This document shows, piece after piece, positions 26,201-39,605 of a DNA stretch of 64,000 nt (position 1 is its first letter; the number at the start of each line of letters is the position of its first letter). Below the pieces are notes generated by a model. It saw nothing but the letters and a program-made list of their open reading frames with translations. It did not search any database and was not told where the DNA came from. Source of the stretch: Malacoraja senta. Lineage: Eukaryota. A program made the translations under genes and the position numbers. The stretch is from contig JAXLNO010002555.1 in NCBI GenBank assembly GCA_038087875.1, forward strand, positions 1 to 64,000. The letters are read 5' to 3'.

Positions 26201-27593
26201 ATGACATCTGAAAGGATATTCCGCTTTACAGACTTTTCAACCATTGATGTTTTCATCAATCCTGTTTTCGCTTCATCTTCCAACTCTTTAACACATCTCT
26301 CGAGATCCTCTCCAAAGAGTAAGTTGGGTAATTGTACATTACTTGGTTTGCAGAGTGCTGCGAATTTCGGATTCATAATAGGCCGTATAGCACCTTTCCT
26401 CGGACAATTGATCTCGAAGTGGGTGCTGCATAGCAACCCCAGTGCTTTCTGATGCAACTCCGTCATCTCTTGGCTTTTATCCGCTATTCTGGCAAAGCAG
26501 TTATTCCAGCAGCTTTAATATTCTCTGCCATTTCAATTCTTGAGTTCTCATAATCATACTCAACTCATATTTTCTTGCATTCTCATTCATTTCCTGCTGT
26601 TCCAGCTGATGGGAAACCAAGTAATTTATTAGGGAGGCCAATTCTCTTCTAATGGCTCTCCTGACTCTGACGGGGCAGCGAATCATACTGCCAGGGGTGG
26701 AACATCTGTACATCACGTACATCACGGCTACTGTGACAAATCACATAGAGCCTCACCGTCAGAATCAGGGTCTGAAATCTCATGACCCATGGCACGCTCC
26801 TCATCCCTGAGGGTGCATTCTATCAGCCCTGAACCAGGAGCTGTTGAGCTGCTTCCAGCAGCTTGGTTTTCAGTACACTCTTACCTGAGTGTGCTTTGCT
26901 CCAACAGCCTATGTAGCAGGCTTTCCATTTGGGCAATACGCTTTAAAAGCAGTATCTAGCCCTGGAGCTTCCATTTCCTGGGACTCCTCCTCCGTGGCCC
27001 GTTTCAATTCGGACTTGGCCTTGCGCCCGACAGGCGTTGACTGCCCCAGGTCCACAGTCGCTATGCTCACCGCTGACGACTGTACCGGGGTTAGAGGCGG
27101 TTGGTCGCTACCCGCAGACTCCCGACTTTCCCGACTTTCTGTCGGCTGTGTCGCTCGCCTCTTCCCCCTGCCCGTTTTTTCCCATGGCATCTGTGGAAGA
27201 AATCCCCACAGACCCACAGTAAACGGACATGAAAAAATACTAAAAAAGTTTTTACTTACCTTGTAGTTAAAAAACTACAAATCCACTGAGGAGCTCTGCT
27301 CCTCACGTCCGTTTGCGACAAGGCGTATGACGTAATGACGCGCAGGCGCACTGGCGGGGTTCTTCACATAGTCACTCACGTGATTCCGAAGTAAAATATG
27401 AGACCAGTGTCAAAATACACAATGAATATAGACCTCTCCATCTCTATGTAAATATAGTTAAATCTTTAAAAGGAAACATAAATGTAAAAAAAAAGCAAAG
27501 ATAAAAAGACAAAAAGAAAAAGAAAAAACAAAACCCCCCTAAACTAAAAAAAAATAAAAAAAATTGGATAATAATAAAATAAGAATAAAAATA
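21312..27593. repeat. Tandem triplication, unit 2094 bp (21312-23405, 23406-25499, 25500-27593)
   Basis: Identical ORF sets are offset by exactly 2094 bp. Each unit comprises the DIRS 5' ~1.9 kb plus ~200 bp of L1 3'UTR. Only three differences were noticed (26789 G>A, 27106 T>C, and one base in the A-run near 23368). Confidence 0.97.
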
Positions 27594-28145
27594 AAATAAA
27601 TAAATAAAACAAAACAGAGCAAAACCAAATCTGAACTGAGAAATTCAACAATTTACGTCTGTTTGTCGTCAAGTCCGTTCCACCCTATGAAGGTAAAATA
27701 ATTTTTATAAAGGTTAAAGAGGGAACAATTTATGTTGTATGAAAGTGTTCAATAAATTTTCCCCAAGTCTTATCAAATTGAATCAAGGGTTCAACAATGT
27801 CACTTCTGATTTTTTCTAAATTTAAACATGATATCGTTTCAGAATACCACTGGAGTGTGGTCGGAGGGTTGGAATCTTTCCATTTAATGAAAATAAATCT
27901 TCTGGCAATTAATGTGGTAAAAGCAATCAACCGATGGGCGGAGTGGGACAAATGAATAGAATCTAACATTGGTAACCCAAAAATTGCAGTAATAGGATGA
28001 GGTTGTAAATCTATACCTAAGACTACCGAAATAGTATCAAAAATTTATTTCCAATATTTTTCCAAAAGAGGGCAGGACCAAAACATATGGGTCAGTGATG
28101 CCACTTCAGAGTTACATCTGTCACAGGTAGGATTTATATGACCAT
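27398..28145 (-). mobile_element. Old L1: ORF2 C-terminus and 3'UTR
   Basis: Minus-strand GHINPTCDRCNSEVASLTHMFWSCPLL (CCHC region) and ARRFIFIKWKDSNPPTTLQWYSETISCLNLEKIR...FDKTWGKF. Confidence 0.9.
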
Positions 28146-28347
28146 AAAAACGAGCTAACTTGACTTCCGGTGGCGCTATGGAGGCTTGAGTCCAGTACCA
28201 ACTAGCTCCGTGCCGAAGAATCTGAAAACGGGAGAAAATCGGGTCTTACCTGCAGCGATCGCGATCTGAACGGCTGCCTGCCGCGTGACGTCATCAGGCG
28301 CGCGACTTTGACGGTATGTCGACGCAACATACCCCCCCCCCCCCCGT

Positions 28348-29376
28348 GTGCCAAAAAAACCCGTTAAAGGGAAACCACCGATGGAAGAGGTAGGCCTAAC
28401 AGAGGCCTCGGCCTCAGGTACAATGACGGCCCAGGAAGACCCAACGAAGAAATCAAAGCAGAAAAAGTCTGAAATTGAAGTTCTTAAAACTTTTCTCGCT
28501 GTTGAAATTAAACAGATTCAACTACAGTTGAAAACCTTTCAAGGAAAATTGAATTTTAAAGAGGAACTTAACTCTTTTAAGGTAGATTTTAAAGCAGAAA
28601 TGCTTTCTACCGTTCAAGAAATACTGGAAGTCTGGAAGAGGTCGAGGGACGATGAGGTCAAGGAACAGATGGAAGTGCTGGAAGCCAGGTTCGTTTCGGT
28701 GGAATCGAACGCTAATATGGAGGTGGTCCCCATTCATCAAGCACTTGATCAACATAGAACAGCGATAACCGAACTTGAGAAATGGGCAGCGACAAGTGAG
28801 GAAACTGTAAATCGACTCCTTATTGAAAACCAACGCCTCTCCGGTATGGTGATCAAATTAAGTGATAAGTGTACCGATTTGGAGGGGCGTCAAAGACGCA
28901 AGAATTTAAGAATTGTAGGGGTGAAAGAAGGAAGTGAGAGGGAAATGGGCCCTCGGGATTTTGTGGCAGACCTACTACAAAAAGCCTTAAAATTGGATCA
29001 AAAACCTTCACTCGGTCGAGCACATAGAGCGCAGGGGCGTCGTACACAAGATGATGCCCATCCAAGACAAATTATAGTAAAGGTGCAACTTGATCATGAA
29101 TTTGACGAGATAATGAAGAAAATCGTCCGAAGCGGACAGCTCTATTTTGAAGGTGCGAGGTTCAGTATTTACCGAGATTATCCGGCAGAGGTCTTCAAGA
29201 AAAGAGCACTGTTCACTGAGACAAAAAGAATACTGAAGAATGTACCTGATTTGAGATACGGCTTGCTTTACCCCGCAAGACTAAGAGTCACCTACAAGCA
29301 GAAGGAGCAATTTTTTACAGACCATGAAAAAGCACTGGAATATGCCAAAGAAATCGGGAACGTGACCACAGACTGA
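28348..29376 (+). CDS. L1 ORF1p (coiled coil, RRM, CTD), uninterrupted
   Basis: 342-aa ORF (first ATG at 28381) with DLEGRQRRKNLRIVGVKEG, RAHR..PRQIIVK, IYRDYP and YGLLYPARLRV, characteristic of L1 ORF1. Confidence 0.92.
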   Translation: MPKKPVKGKPPMEEVGLTEASASGTMTAQEDPTKKSKQKKSEIEVLKTFLAVEIKQIQLQLKTFQGKLNFKEELNSFKVDFKAEMLSTVQEILEVWKRSRDDEVKEQMEVLEARFVSVESNANMEVVPIHQALDQHRTAITELEKWAATSEETVNRLLIENQRLSGMVIKLSDKCTDLEGRQRRKNLRIVGVKEGSEREMGPRDFVADLLQKALKLDQKPSLGRAHRAQGRRTQDDAHPRQIIVKVQLDHEFDEIMKKIVRSGQLYFEGARFSIYRDYPAEVFKKRALFTETKRILKNVPDLRYGLLYPARLRVTYKQKEQFFTDHEKALEYAKEIGNVTTD

Positions 29377-29970
29377 AGAATTTACATTACTCCTCAGGAG
29401 TCAAGGATTAACGGGACTTCACCAGATTTAAAAGGACCTTTAAAGTTCTTTTAAGAGCTTTAAGGACATTCGAAAACCGAAATGGACGGTGGACATTGGA
29501 GAAAACCGTGTTTTTTTTTGTTTTTTTTAAATCTTTTTTTATTTTTAGTATAAACTTTAAGAACAATAATATCATAGTTGTGACCAATTGTTATTAATCA
29601 CCATTACTATTTAGTATATTCATATCTAACTATATATGTAACTGCTAATACTTATTAAATATCTATATTACTACTAAAATTATTAACATTTATATTACTC
29701 ATAAAAATTTAATACTGGGTATGATCGATAACAATGATTAATAACTAACAATCTCTGGTTAACGTAGAAATGAGTTACATACTTATATTCTACAGGAAGA
29801 TGTGCAAGAGGTAATTCAGCCTACGTCATAATAAGGTTTGACGGTTTTTCTCTTTATTTTTCAATTTAAAATTAAATTTATAGATTTAGCGAAGATATTA
29901 ATATGGTATGTACAGAATAATAACGTTGTGAATTTATGTTGTTTTCGGACTTTTCTGCAGGGATATGTGC

Positions 29971-30123
29971 NNNNNNNNNNNNNNNNNNNNNNNNNNNNNN
30001 NNNNNNNNNNNNNNNNNNNNNNNNNNNNNNNNNNNNNNNNNNNNNNNNNNNNNNNNNNNNNNNNNNNNNNNNNNNNNNNNNNNNNNNNNNNNNNNNNNNN
30101 NNNNNNNNNNNNNNNNNNNNNNN
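29971..30123. other. Assembly gap (N run); others at 57224-57364, 57465-57619, 59891-60183 and 62978-63196
   Basis: Runs of n in the sequence. Confidence 1.
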
Positions 30124-30502
30124 TTTGCTACTCCCAAAGAAGTTAATTGATTGTCAGAAATATTCTTTCTTTTTTTTTTCGGGCACGGAGCTGGGAATTT
30201 TTTTTTTACAAAGGCTACGGAAGTCTTTAGAATTCTAGCCACGTTAGTGTGGCTATCACTAACTACACTAATTGTAGATGTAGTTTTTTTTCTTTCACCC
30301 TATACTAACCAATTCTATCACTTTTTTCACTTTAAATATTTTTATAACTTAATGTTTGAATGGAACAACAAGACTAATTCAAGGAGATGTGTTCGGAAGA
30401 GCGATGTATATGATTTTAAATTCATCTATTCGAGGTTCGGGAGCAGGGTCAGGTTTTATGTGTTGCACCTTCTGCTCGGTTATAGACCACCTTAGAAACA
30501 AT

Positions 30503-33500
30503 ATGCAAGATGTTAATATGACAAGAGGGGGTCAGGGAATAACATTTTGTAGTTGGAATGTTAAGGGAATCAATGAACCAATTAAGAGAGGTAAAGTTTT
30601 GGCACATCTAAATTCAATCAAAACAGATATAATATTCCTTCAAGAAACACACCTTAAAAAGGAATCTCAACATAGACTTAAAGCTAAGTGGATCGCTGAA
30701 TCATATCATTCCTCTTTTTCCCATAAGTCCAGAGGAGTTGCAATATTAATTCGTAAAGGAATACCTTTTACGAATTCATCAACAATAGCGGATATTGATG
30801 GTAGATATATTATATTAGTTGGAGAGTTAAATGGAGAGAAAGTGATTCTTCTTAATGTATATGGGCCTAATTTTGATAACCCTATGTTTTTTAATAAAAC
30901 ATTTAATATAATTCCTGAATTTACACAATATAAATTAATAATTGGAGGAGACTTCAATTGCACATTAGATTCATACTTAGATAGATCATCAAGGCAAAAA
31001 AAAGTAAAATCTCAATCAAGTGTATTTTTAAATTCATTTATTAATACCACTAATATTAAGGATGTCTGGAGAATTGAAAATCCAACTGGACGGGAATATT
31101 CATTTTACTCACCAGTACATAAAACATACTCAAGAATAGATTATTTTTTAGTTGACTCCACGTTTATCCCATTTACTTACAACTCAAAACACCATAATAT
31201 TATAATCTCAGATCACGCACCTGTAACATTCATGATTAAATTAAATGGAATGTCCGAGAAACAAACATATTGGAGATTTAACCCACAAATTTTGAACGAA
31301 AGATCATGCGAAGAATATCTTACTAAACAGATTCAAATATTTTTTGTGGTATATGACAACCCTGACACACCTACTTCTCTTATGTGGGAAACGTTTAAAG
31401 CGTTTGTTCGAGGTGCATTAATTTCTGCTCAAGTATTTTATAATAAAGAGAACAAGATTAAACAACAAACATTGGAAAGGGAAATCAAGCAACAAGATAT
31501 AGAAAATGCGAGAATGCCATCTATTTTAAAACATAATAAAATTGCTGTATTGAAATATAAATTAAACAAAATGTATTCAGAACAAGTAATAAAACTTTAT
31601 CAAAAAACAAACAATTACATTTTGAGTTTGGAGACAAACCACAAAAACTATTAGCACATCAATTACGAAAAATGGAAGGGGAAAAAATAATTCATAAAAT
31701 TAGAACAGAGACAGGAGAATTATTAAAAATGCCCAAGGATATAAACGAAAGATTTCTCCAATACTATCATAATCTTTATTCAACTAAAACTGTAGTACAA
31801 CCAGAAGGAATAGCAGATTTTTTACTAAAATGTAATTTAAAAGGTTTAGATTCAAACGATAGAGAATTATTAGAAAGGGAGATTACGATAAAGGATATTG
31901 AGGAGTCTATTGGCTCTTTAAAAAATGGTAAAGCAGTAGGACCAGATGGTTTAGGCTCTGAATTCTATAAAAAAAATTATGACTTGCTCTCCCCACGTTT
32001 ACAAAGGCTGTATGAGCATATCTATACTCAACAGAAACTTCCAGATACTTTAAATGAATCTATAATAACACTTATTCCTAAAGTTGATAAAGATCCGGAC
32101 GATCCGGGATCATATAGAGCAATTGCACTTTTAAATACAGATCAGAAAATATTAACTAAAATACTAGCGCATAGATTAAGTACAGTGATGAATAAATTAA
32201 TACACCCTGACCAAACAGGCTTTACTCAGAAACGGTACTCATATTATAATCTAAGAAGATTATTTAATATTATTTATTCTAAGAGAATTATTAATGAAGA
32301 TCTAGCAATAATCTCACTTGACGCTGAAAAAGCATTTGATCAGGTTGAATGGTCTTATTTATTTTCGGTGATGGAAAATATGCAGCTAGGGGAGAAATTC
32401 TGCACATGGATAAAACTGTTATATACAAACCCTACGGCTAGAATATTAACAAACCAAAGGTTGTCATCTAAATTCAGCCTATCTAGAGGTTGTAGACAAG
32501 GATGCCCGTTATCTCCATTATTATTTGCACTTGCTATTGAGTCACTCGCAGAAAGAGTTAGGGGGCATCCGGAAATACATGGGTATAACACAAAGGACAC
32601 AGTGAATAAAATTTCTCTATACGCAGATGATGTACTAATTTACATTACAAAACCAGAAATTAGTATTCCAAACTTATTAAAGCTAATAACCCAATTTGGT
32701 TCACTCTCAGGATACAGAATAAATTGGAATAAAAGTGAAATTATGCCAATAAGGGAACACAACAAACAGATAATACAACAATTTCCATTTAAAATAGTAA
32801 ACGAAAAATTTAAATACCTAGGCATTTACGTAACTAAGATATATACATCATTATTTAAAGCAAATTTCCCCCCATTACTGAACAAACTACATAAGAATAT
32901 TCAATATTGGAAAACACTTCCTATCTCAATGGTTGGCAAAATTAATGCCATAAAAATGATTTTTTTACCGCAAATATTATACCTTTTTCAGACAATTCCG
33001 ATATATTTGTCAAAAAACTTTTTTAAAAAATTGGATTCCATTGTTAATGATTTTATCTGGGATTATAAGAATCATAGGATAAATAAAAGACATTTGTGTA
33101 AATCAAAAATAAATGGAGGCTTGGTTTTACCCAACTTTCTGTTTTATTTTTGGGCAGTTAATATTAAAAATATGAATTTCTGGTTGGAAGAAATAGATCA
33201 ACAACTAGATTGGTTAAAAATGGAAAAGGAAGATTGTTTACCTTTTGATATCGGCTCGATATTATTTGCTACGTCTAAATTAAACAAAAAAAATTGTAGG
33301 AAAACCCTATAATATTTAGTGCTATACGAATTTGGAAACAATTAAAAAAGACATTAAAATTAGATAATTTATCACTTTTTCTTCCAATTGTGAATAACCC
33401 TTTGTTTAAGCCCTCATGGTTGGACAGGGGTTTTACACAATGGAAGAATTATGGAATTAAAAATATGGGACAACTTTACAAGGAAGGCACCTTTCTGACA

Positions 33501-34316
33501 TTTCAGGAGTTGCAACAGACTTATGGACTTCAAGGAAATGATTTTTTCAGATATCTTCAACTCAGAGATTATGTAAAATCGAATACTCAAAATTTTCGAA
33601 TTAGAAATTCAGAAATTCTTGACGAATGTTGGAATAAACATCCTAATACAGAAAAATTAATATCTTATATATATAATATTTTATTAGACAGTGACATTCC
33701 ATCGACGGACTTACACAGACAAACATGGGAAAAAGAATTAAATCAAATAATAACGAAAGATACTTGGGAAGAAAGTTTACAACACATACATCAATGTTCA
33801 TTAAATGCCAGACATTCATTAATACAATTTAAAGTAATACATAGGTTACATTATTCAAAAACAAAATTACATAAAATCTTTCAACATATCTCACCTATAT
33901 GTGATAAATGTCAACATTTAGAAGCTAACTTATCTCATATGTTTGCAAACTGTATAAAAATAAAAAAATTCTGGGTAAATATTTTCAGTATAATATCTAA
34001 AGTGACCAGCACACAATTGGACCCGGATCCAAAATTAATAATACTCGGAACATTAGAATTAAATCAAACATTTAAAACAACACAAAGAAACTTTATTGAT
34101 TATAGTATAATAACGGGAAAAAAATTAATTCTAAAATTTTGGAAAGGCCCTATAACCCCCACAATCAAAATGTGGATTATAGAAATGACGGAGACCTTAA
34201 ACGTGGAAATAATCAGATTTTCCCTGTTGGACAAACAGGAATTATTCGTTGGAACATTGTCTCCCTTTATTGATTATTTAAAGGGTCAGAATGGTTCAGC
34301 ACAGGAACCTGACTAG
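30503..34316 (+). pseudogene. L1 ORF2p (APE endonuclease, RT, CCHC), with two apparent 1-bp frameshifts
   Basis: SWNVKG, FLQETH, GGDFN, SRIDY and SDH (APE); GKAVGPDG, YRAIALLNTDQK, DAEKAFD, RQGCPLSP and YADD (RT); CDKC..HMF.NC. Frame breaks occur near 31610 and 33300, both at or next to A/G homopolymers. Confidence 0.93.
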
Positions 34317-34678
34317 CACTCGGGCTAAAGAATGGATGAAATGCTATACTCTGAAATGTACGAATATATCTCGAATGAAGTTTTTTATTTTAATAAATTT
34401 TTCCATTCTTCTTTAACTATCTTTTTCTTTTCTGTTTTTTTTTTTGTTTTTTTTCCTTCTTTCTCTTTTCTTCTCTCCCTTTTCTTTCTTTACTTCATCT
34501 ATCTTTTTAGTTCTATCTAGTTTAAAAAAAACAAAAAAATGCAAAAGGTATTGGAGACAATGTAATAATAATTGACAATATTATCAATTCAAAAATGTAA
34601 GACTGGTAATGATGTTAATAGGTTGTTTACTTATCTCCAATAAAAAATATTTTCAAAAAAAAAAAAACGAGCTAACTT

Positions 34679-37600
34679 ATCTTTTGACATATGAGCTCTG
34701 TGAACCACCTTGAATTGTATCAAAGCGTGTCTGCACACATTGAAGAGGTATTAACTAATTGAAGGATCCTCTCCCATTTCTCTATAGATAAAGACATTTG
34801 GAGTTCTCTTTCCCAGTCATTATTAATTTTATCAAATGTATCTATTTGTAATTTTGAAATCAACTCATGAATAGTCGTTATTAATCCTTTCTGATAAGGG
34901 TTCAACTGTAAAAAAAAATCAAAAATTTCGGGTTGATGTGGTAGCGGAAAAAGGGGTAGTTCCTTTTGTCTAATTTGTAAATATCTAAAAAAGTGTGAAT
35001 TAGGTAAGTTATTGGAGAGTTGTTCGAAAGACATAAAACAACCCTCCAAAAACAAATCACAAAAAGCTACTAATCCCTTCCTCTTCCATAACAAAAAAAC
35101 TTGATCAGTACTAGATGGTTGGAAGAGAAATTTGGATAAAATCAGATAGTCCAAAAAACTTATGAAATTGAAACCGTATTCGGAACGTATGTCTTATTAT
35201 TGGGTTCGTCATATATTTATTCAATCTCGTAATTGTAAAAGGTAACGAGGTCCCTAGAATAGAAGCCAATTATAGCCCTTGTAAGGAATCACGTTCTAGG
35301 TTTATCCATCCAGGGCATTGGGTATCTTCTAAATCTTTTGTCCAAAATGTTAAATAACGAACATTGACTGCCCAATAGTAGAGTCTAAGGTTCGGCATTG
35401 CCAAACCACCAACTTTTTTTGATTTCTGTAGGTATTTTTTACCTAGTCTGGCATTTTTATTCTGCCATATATATGAAGAAATTTTAGAGTCTATAATATC
35501 AAAGAAAGATTTGGCAATACAAATTGGTATCGTCTGAAATAAATACAGAAATTTAGGTAAAATGAGCATTTTAATAGCATTGATTCGGCCAATTAAGGAT
35601 AAGGACATTGGTGACCATTTAGTGAACTGATGTTTAATATGGTCAATTAAAGGAATAAAATTAGCTTTAAATAAATCCTTGTGTTTCTTGGTGATCTTAA
35701 TACCTAAATAAGTAAAACTTTCGGTAGTCAATCTAAATGGAAACTGTCCATAACTCGAAACAAAATTATATAATGGGAAAGCTCACTCTTACTAAGATTT
35801 AGTTTATAACCAGAAAAACGACTGAATTGATTAAGTAATGCTACTATTGCCGGAATAGATTTCTCAGGGTTAGAAATAAGTAATAACAGATCATCTGCAT
35901 AAAGAGATAGCTTATGTGTCTTATTCCCACGGACAATACCAAAAATATTAGGGGATTCCCTAATAGCAGTGGCTAAAGTTTCCAAAGCAATATGAAATAG
36001 TAAAGGTCTTAAGGGACAGCCCTGTCTAGTACCTCGAAAGAGCCTGAAAAAAGGGGATCTCTGATTATTAGTAAATACAGAAGCCTGAGGTATAAGATAT
36101 ATCAGTTTGATCCAAGAGATAAATTTTGGACCAATCTTAACTTTTTCAAGTATATTGAATAAGTATTCCATTCTACTCTATCAATAGCCTTCCCGGCATC
36201 AAGTGAGATGACACATTCTGGGGTTTTATTAGACGCTGTATGTACAATATTTATTAATCTCCTAACATTAAAGAATGAGTAACGATTTTTAATAAAACCT
36301 GTCTGATCTTCAGAGATAATTTGCGGTAAAATCTTTTCCAATCTAATAGCTAATATTTTGGAAAGAATTTTAAAATCTACATTTAACATTGATATAGGTC
36401 TATATGATGTCACTTCAGTAGGGTCTTTATCTTTTTTTTAAATTAAAGAAATAGAAGCTTCATAAAAAGATTGTGGTAATCTATTCCTTTAAAAAAGCTT
36501 CTTTAAATACCTTGCATAGCCATGGAGACAATAAATTTGAGAAATACTTTAAAAATTCTACTGTAAACCCATCTAAACCGGGTGTTTTACCAGAATTCAT
36601 TGAAAAAATTGCTCTCTGTATTTCTTCTTCCGTGATGGGTTCATCTAACAACAGAGACTCATTGTATGGTAAATTTGGTAAGTTCAGTTTCTTTAAAAAC
36701 TCATGCATTATATTGGAATCAGTAGGAAAATCTGATTGGTATAGGGAGGTATAAAATTCCTGAAAGGATTTATTAATTTCGTCATGGTCTACAGTTACTG
36801 TACCATCCCGTTTACTCACTTTAGTAATCTGACTCTTGGCCGACACTGCTTTCAATTGATTAGTAAGTAATTTACCAGATTTTTGCCATTTATATAAAAT
36901 TTACTTTTGGTTTTAAGTAACTGGTTCTCAATCGGTGATACTAATAACAAATCATATCTCAATTGAAGTTCAACTATTCTTATAGAGCTCTAAACTAGGA
37001 GCTTTTGAATATTTTTTATCAATTTCTTTAATCTCGTCAGCCAATGTGCGTATTTCTTTTTGTGTTTGTTTTTTTAATCCCGCGGAGTATGAAATAATTT
37101 GTCCATGAATATATGCCTTAAAAGCATCCCAAACTATATCATTCGATATCTCTTCATTAGAGTTTGTCAAGAAGTAAAAAGCAATCTGATCTTTCATAAA
37201 CTTAATAAAGTTTAAGTCTTGAAGCAAAGTAGCATTAAATCGCCATTGTTTAGCACTAAACTTGGAATCAGGTAGTTTGATCAATAGTTTCACTGGTGCA
37301 TGATCAGAAATAGCAATTGCATCATACTCACATGCAATGACGAATGGAATTAGCCGAGAATCTAGTATAAAATAGTCGATCCTAGAATAATTATGATATA
37401 CATGGGAGAAAAATGAAAATTCTTTGTCATTTGCGTGTAAGAATCTCCAAATTTCTAACATTCCCGAGTCAAGTAAAAAAGAATTAATAAAATTAGCTGA
37501 TTTATTTGGAAGCACATGATCAGATGTAGACGTATCAATCGAGGGATTCAAACAGCAATTGAAGTCTCCACCCATTATTAAAAATTGTTCATTTAAGTTA

Positions 37601-39605
37601 GGAAAGGATGCAATTAACTGTTTAAAAAACTCAGGGTGATCAATATTTGGTGCATAGACATTCACCATAGTGACTTTTTGCCTATAAAGGACACCGGTAA
37701 TCACCAAGAATCTGCTATATGGATCAGAAATTGTTTCATGGTGAACAAACGGAAATGAGGGGTCGATAAAAATAGAGACTCCTTTCCCCTTAGCCTGTGA
37801 ATTTGAATGAAACTGCTGTCCTCTCCAAAACTTGAAAAATCGTGACTTGTCATCTTGCCTTACATGAGTTTCCTGAACAAAGATAATCTGAGCATTTAGT
37901 CTGTGAAGAACTTTTTAAAAAAATCCTCTTAATGGGATGGTTCAAGCCATTCACATTCCATGAAAGGAACTTTATCCATATTGCTTGTAAAAATCATGTG
38001 GGATGTAATGGGTTAATTTCTTGAAGCCTAAAAGTTCATAATACTGGAAGAAGAAAAATCTAGGGCGGAGCCAGGTGACGACATTTCAGCCAATTTTGTA
38101 GTTCAGAATTTGCACAAATGGAGATCACTAAATAGGGAACAAAAGACCCCTCCCCCCTCCCCCCTCCCCCCTCCCACCCCTGTAGAACCCCAAACTGACC
38201 AAAAGACAGTCAGCAAACTACCTAATCCCCTCCCCGATCCCATCTCTCCCAGTAACAGCGCTCAGCATAAAATGAATAATATTTAACCACTACGTCATAA
38301 CACATTCGTTATTATCTCTTTGAGAGAGAAGAAAAAAAAATACAGACTGGCATGGAATGCTGCTTATTATTATCCAAGGTCAAAATATGAAAAACAAGAA
38401 CTGCGTTCTCTTAGTTTGTCTAACGACAGGGGAACACGAATTAACAAAGAAATTCTTAAAAGAATATATATAAAAGAAAAACAACTCGTCCAGTTAAATT
38501 CTTAATCATTACCAAACGAAATGTTGTCAAAAGAGGAACAGTAAATCTCCAATTATAACTTAATCAGCTATCAATTACTCCCCTTCCTCGTCGTAGCTCT
38601 TCAGACGCAGCTGGAGGCGTCTTGAGGACTGTTAAAAAATCGAAAGTTACCATTGAAAAGCCGAATACGCAATCTAGCTGGTGATAATAGAGCTGGGCGC
38701 AGTTTTTTCTTATACAAATCAGACATTACATTATAAAAAGTCTTTCTTATTTCCAAAAGCTCGTAACTATAATCAGGGACAAACCGAAACTTACATCCTT
38801 CGTATTCAACCACACCAAACTTTTTTGCTGCCTGGAGAATATTCTCCTTCATTTGAAAAAAATGAAACCGAATGATCAAGTGTCTCGGTTTATTACCGGA
38901 TTTCTTCCCAATCCTGTGTGCCTTATCCAGGAACAGAAGGTTTTCATTGTGCTCAATGTTGAATGTTTCCTTTATCATTTTAGAAGCATATTTTATAACG
39001 TTATCTCCTCCTTGGCCTTCCGGCAAACCAACAATTCATCAATTCAAACGACGGCTTCTGTATTCTAAGTCCATATTTTTAGACTTGTATTGCTGAAGTT
39101 CTCAAGTGTTTTCATTCATTCTCCGTTCCAATTTTTCAAATTTCAAATCTCTCTCCTGTCCCAGGGTGCGCAAGATATCAATTTGATCCTTTTGTTCACG
39201 AAGTTCATCTTGTAACAAAAACAGTTTTCCTTGGACTTCCTTCAATTTGGTCAACTCCTTTCACCATTTCTTCCAAACTGCCAAATCTTGTTTTCGTTTC
39301 ATTTTTCAGCTCATTTTTCAATTCATCGTTCATTTTCGATATTGCTTCTATGATGCTGGAATCAGAAGCTACAGCTGTGGTTGTGGCTTTCCCCAGTTCC
39401 TTCTTTGGGGATCCTCCTTTCCTTCTTGTCTCCATGCTTTTCACGATTAAGGCGTGTAAATGTGTTATCAACACTTTATGAACAGTTAGACGGTGTCTTG
39501 AAGTCAAATAGTCACCAGTAACATTGAAAGAGTGGTCAGTGGAAGTTAAAAGTTAAGGGAGCAAACGAGTTTGCAACCTTACAGCATGCTGCCTTACACA
39601 AGGAG
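34679..39605 (-). mobile_element. Old L1 body: ORF1 (~38600-39510) and fragmented ORF2 (~37980 down to 34679)
   Basis: ORF1 fragments DKAHRIG..PRHLIIRFH, RFVPDYS and ALLSPARLRI. ORF2 fragments SWNVNG, NVYAPN, GGDFN, YSRIDY, ISDHAP, GKTPGLDG, YRPISMLNVD, RQGCPL and YADD, with many frameshifts. The reading frame ..HMSKDKLARFY|GHINPTC is continuous across the young L1 insertion. Confidence 0.93.

Larger units (their letters stand above)
28162..34667 (+). mobile_element. Full-length young L1-clade LINE with 16-bp TSD
   Basis: Starts GACTTCCGGTGGCGC and ends AATAAA (34639) plus an A-tail. The TSD AAAAACGAGCTAACTT is at 28146-28161 and 34663-34678. Contains ORF1, a ~1.1 kb AT-rich inter-ORF spacer (including an N gap) and ORF2. 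Confidence 0.97.

Noticed and set aside
21312-27593. DIRS concatemer from integration of a multimeric circle
   Set aside because: The repeat unit contains host L1 3'UTR sequence outside the element and only the 5' ~40% of the DIRS.
29838-30495. ORFs spanning N-runs (also 56970-57929, 59755-60243, 62779-63454)
   Set aside because: Artefacts of gaps and low-complexity sequence.
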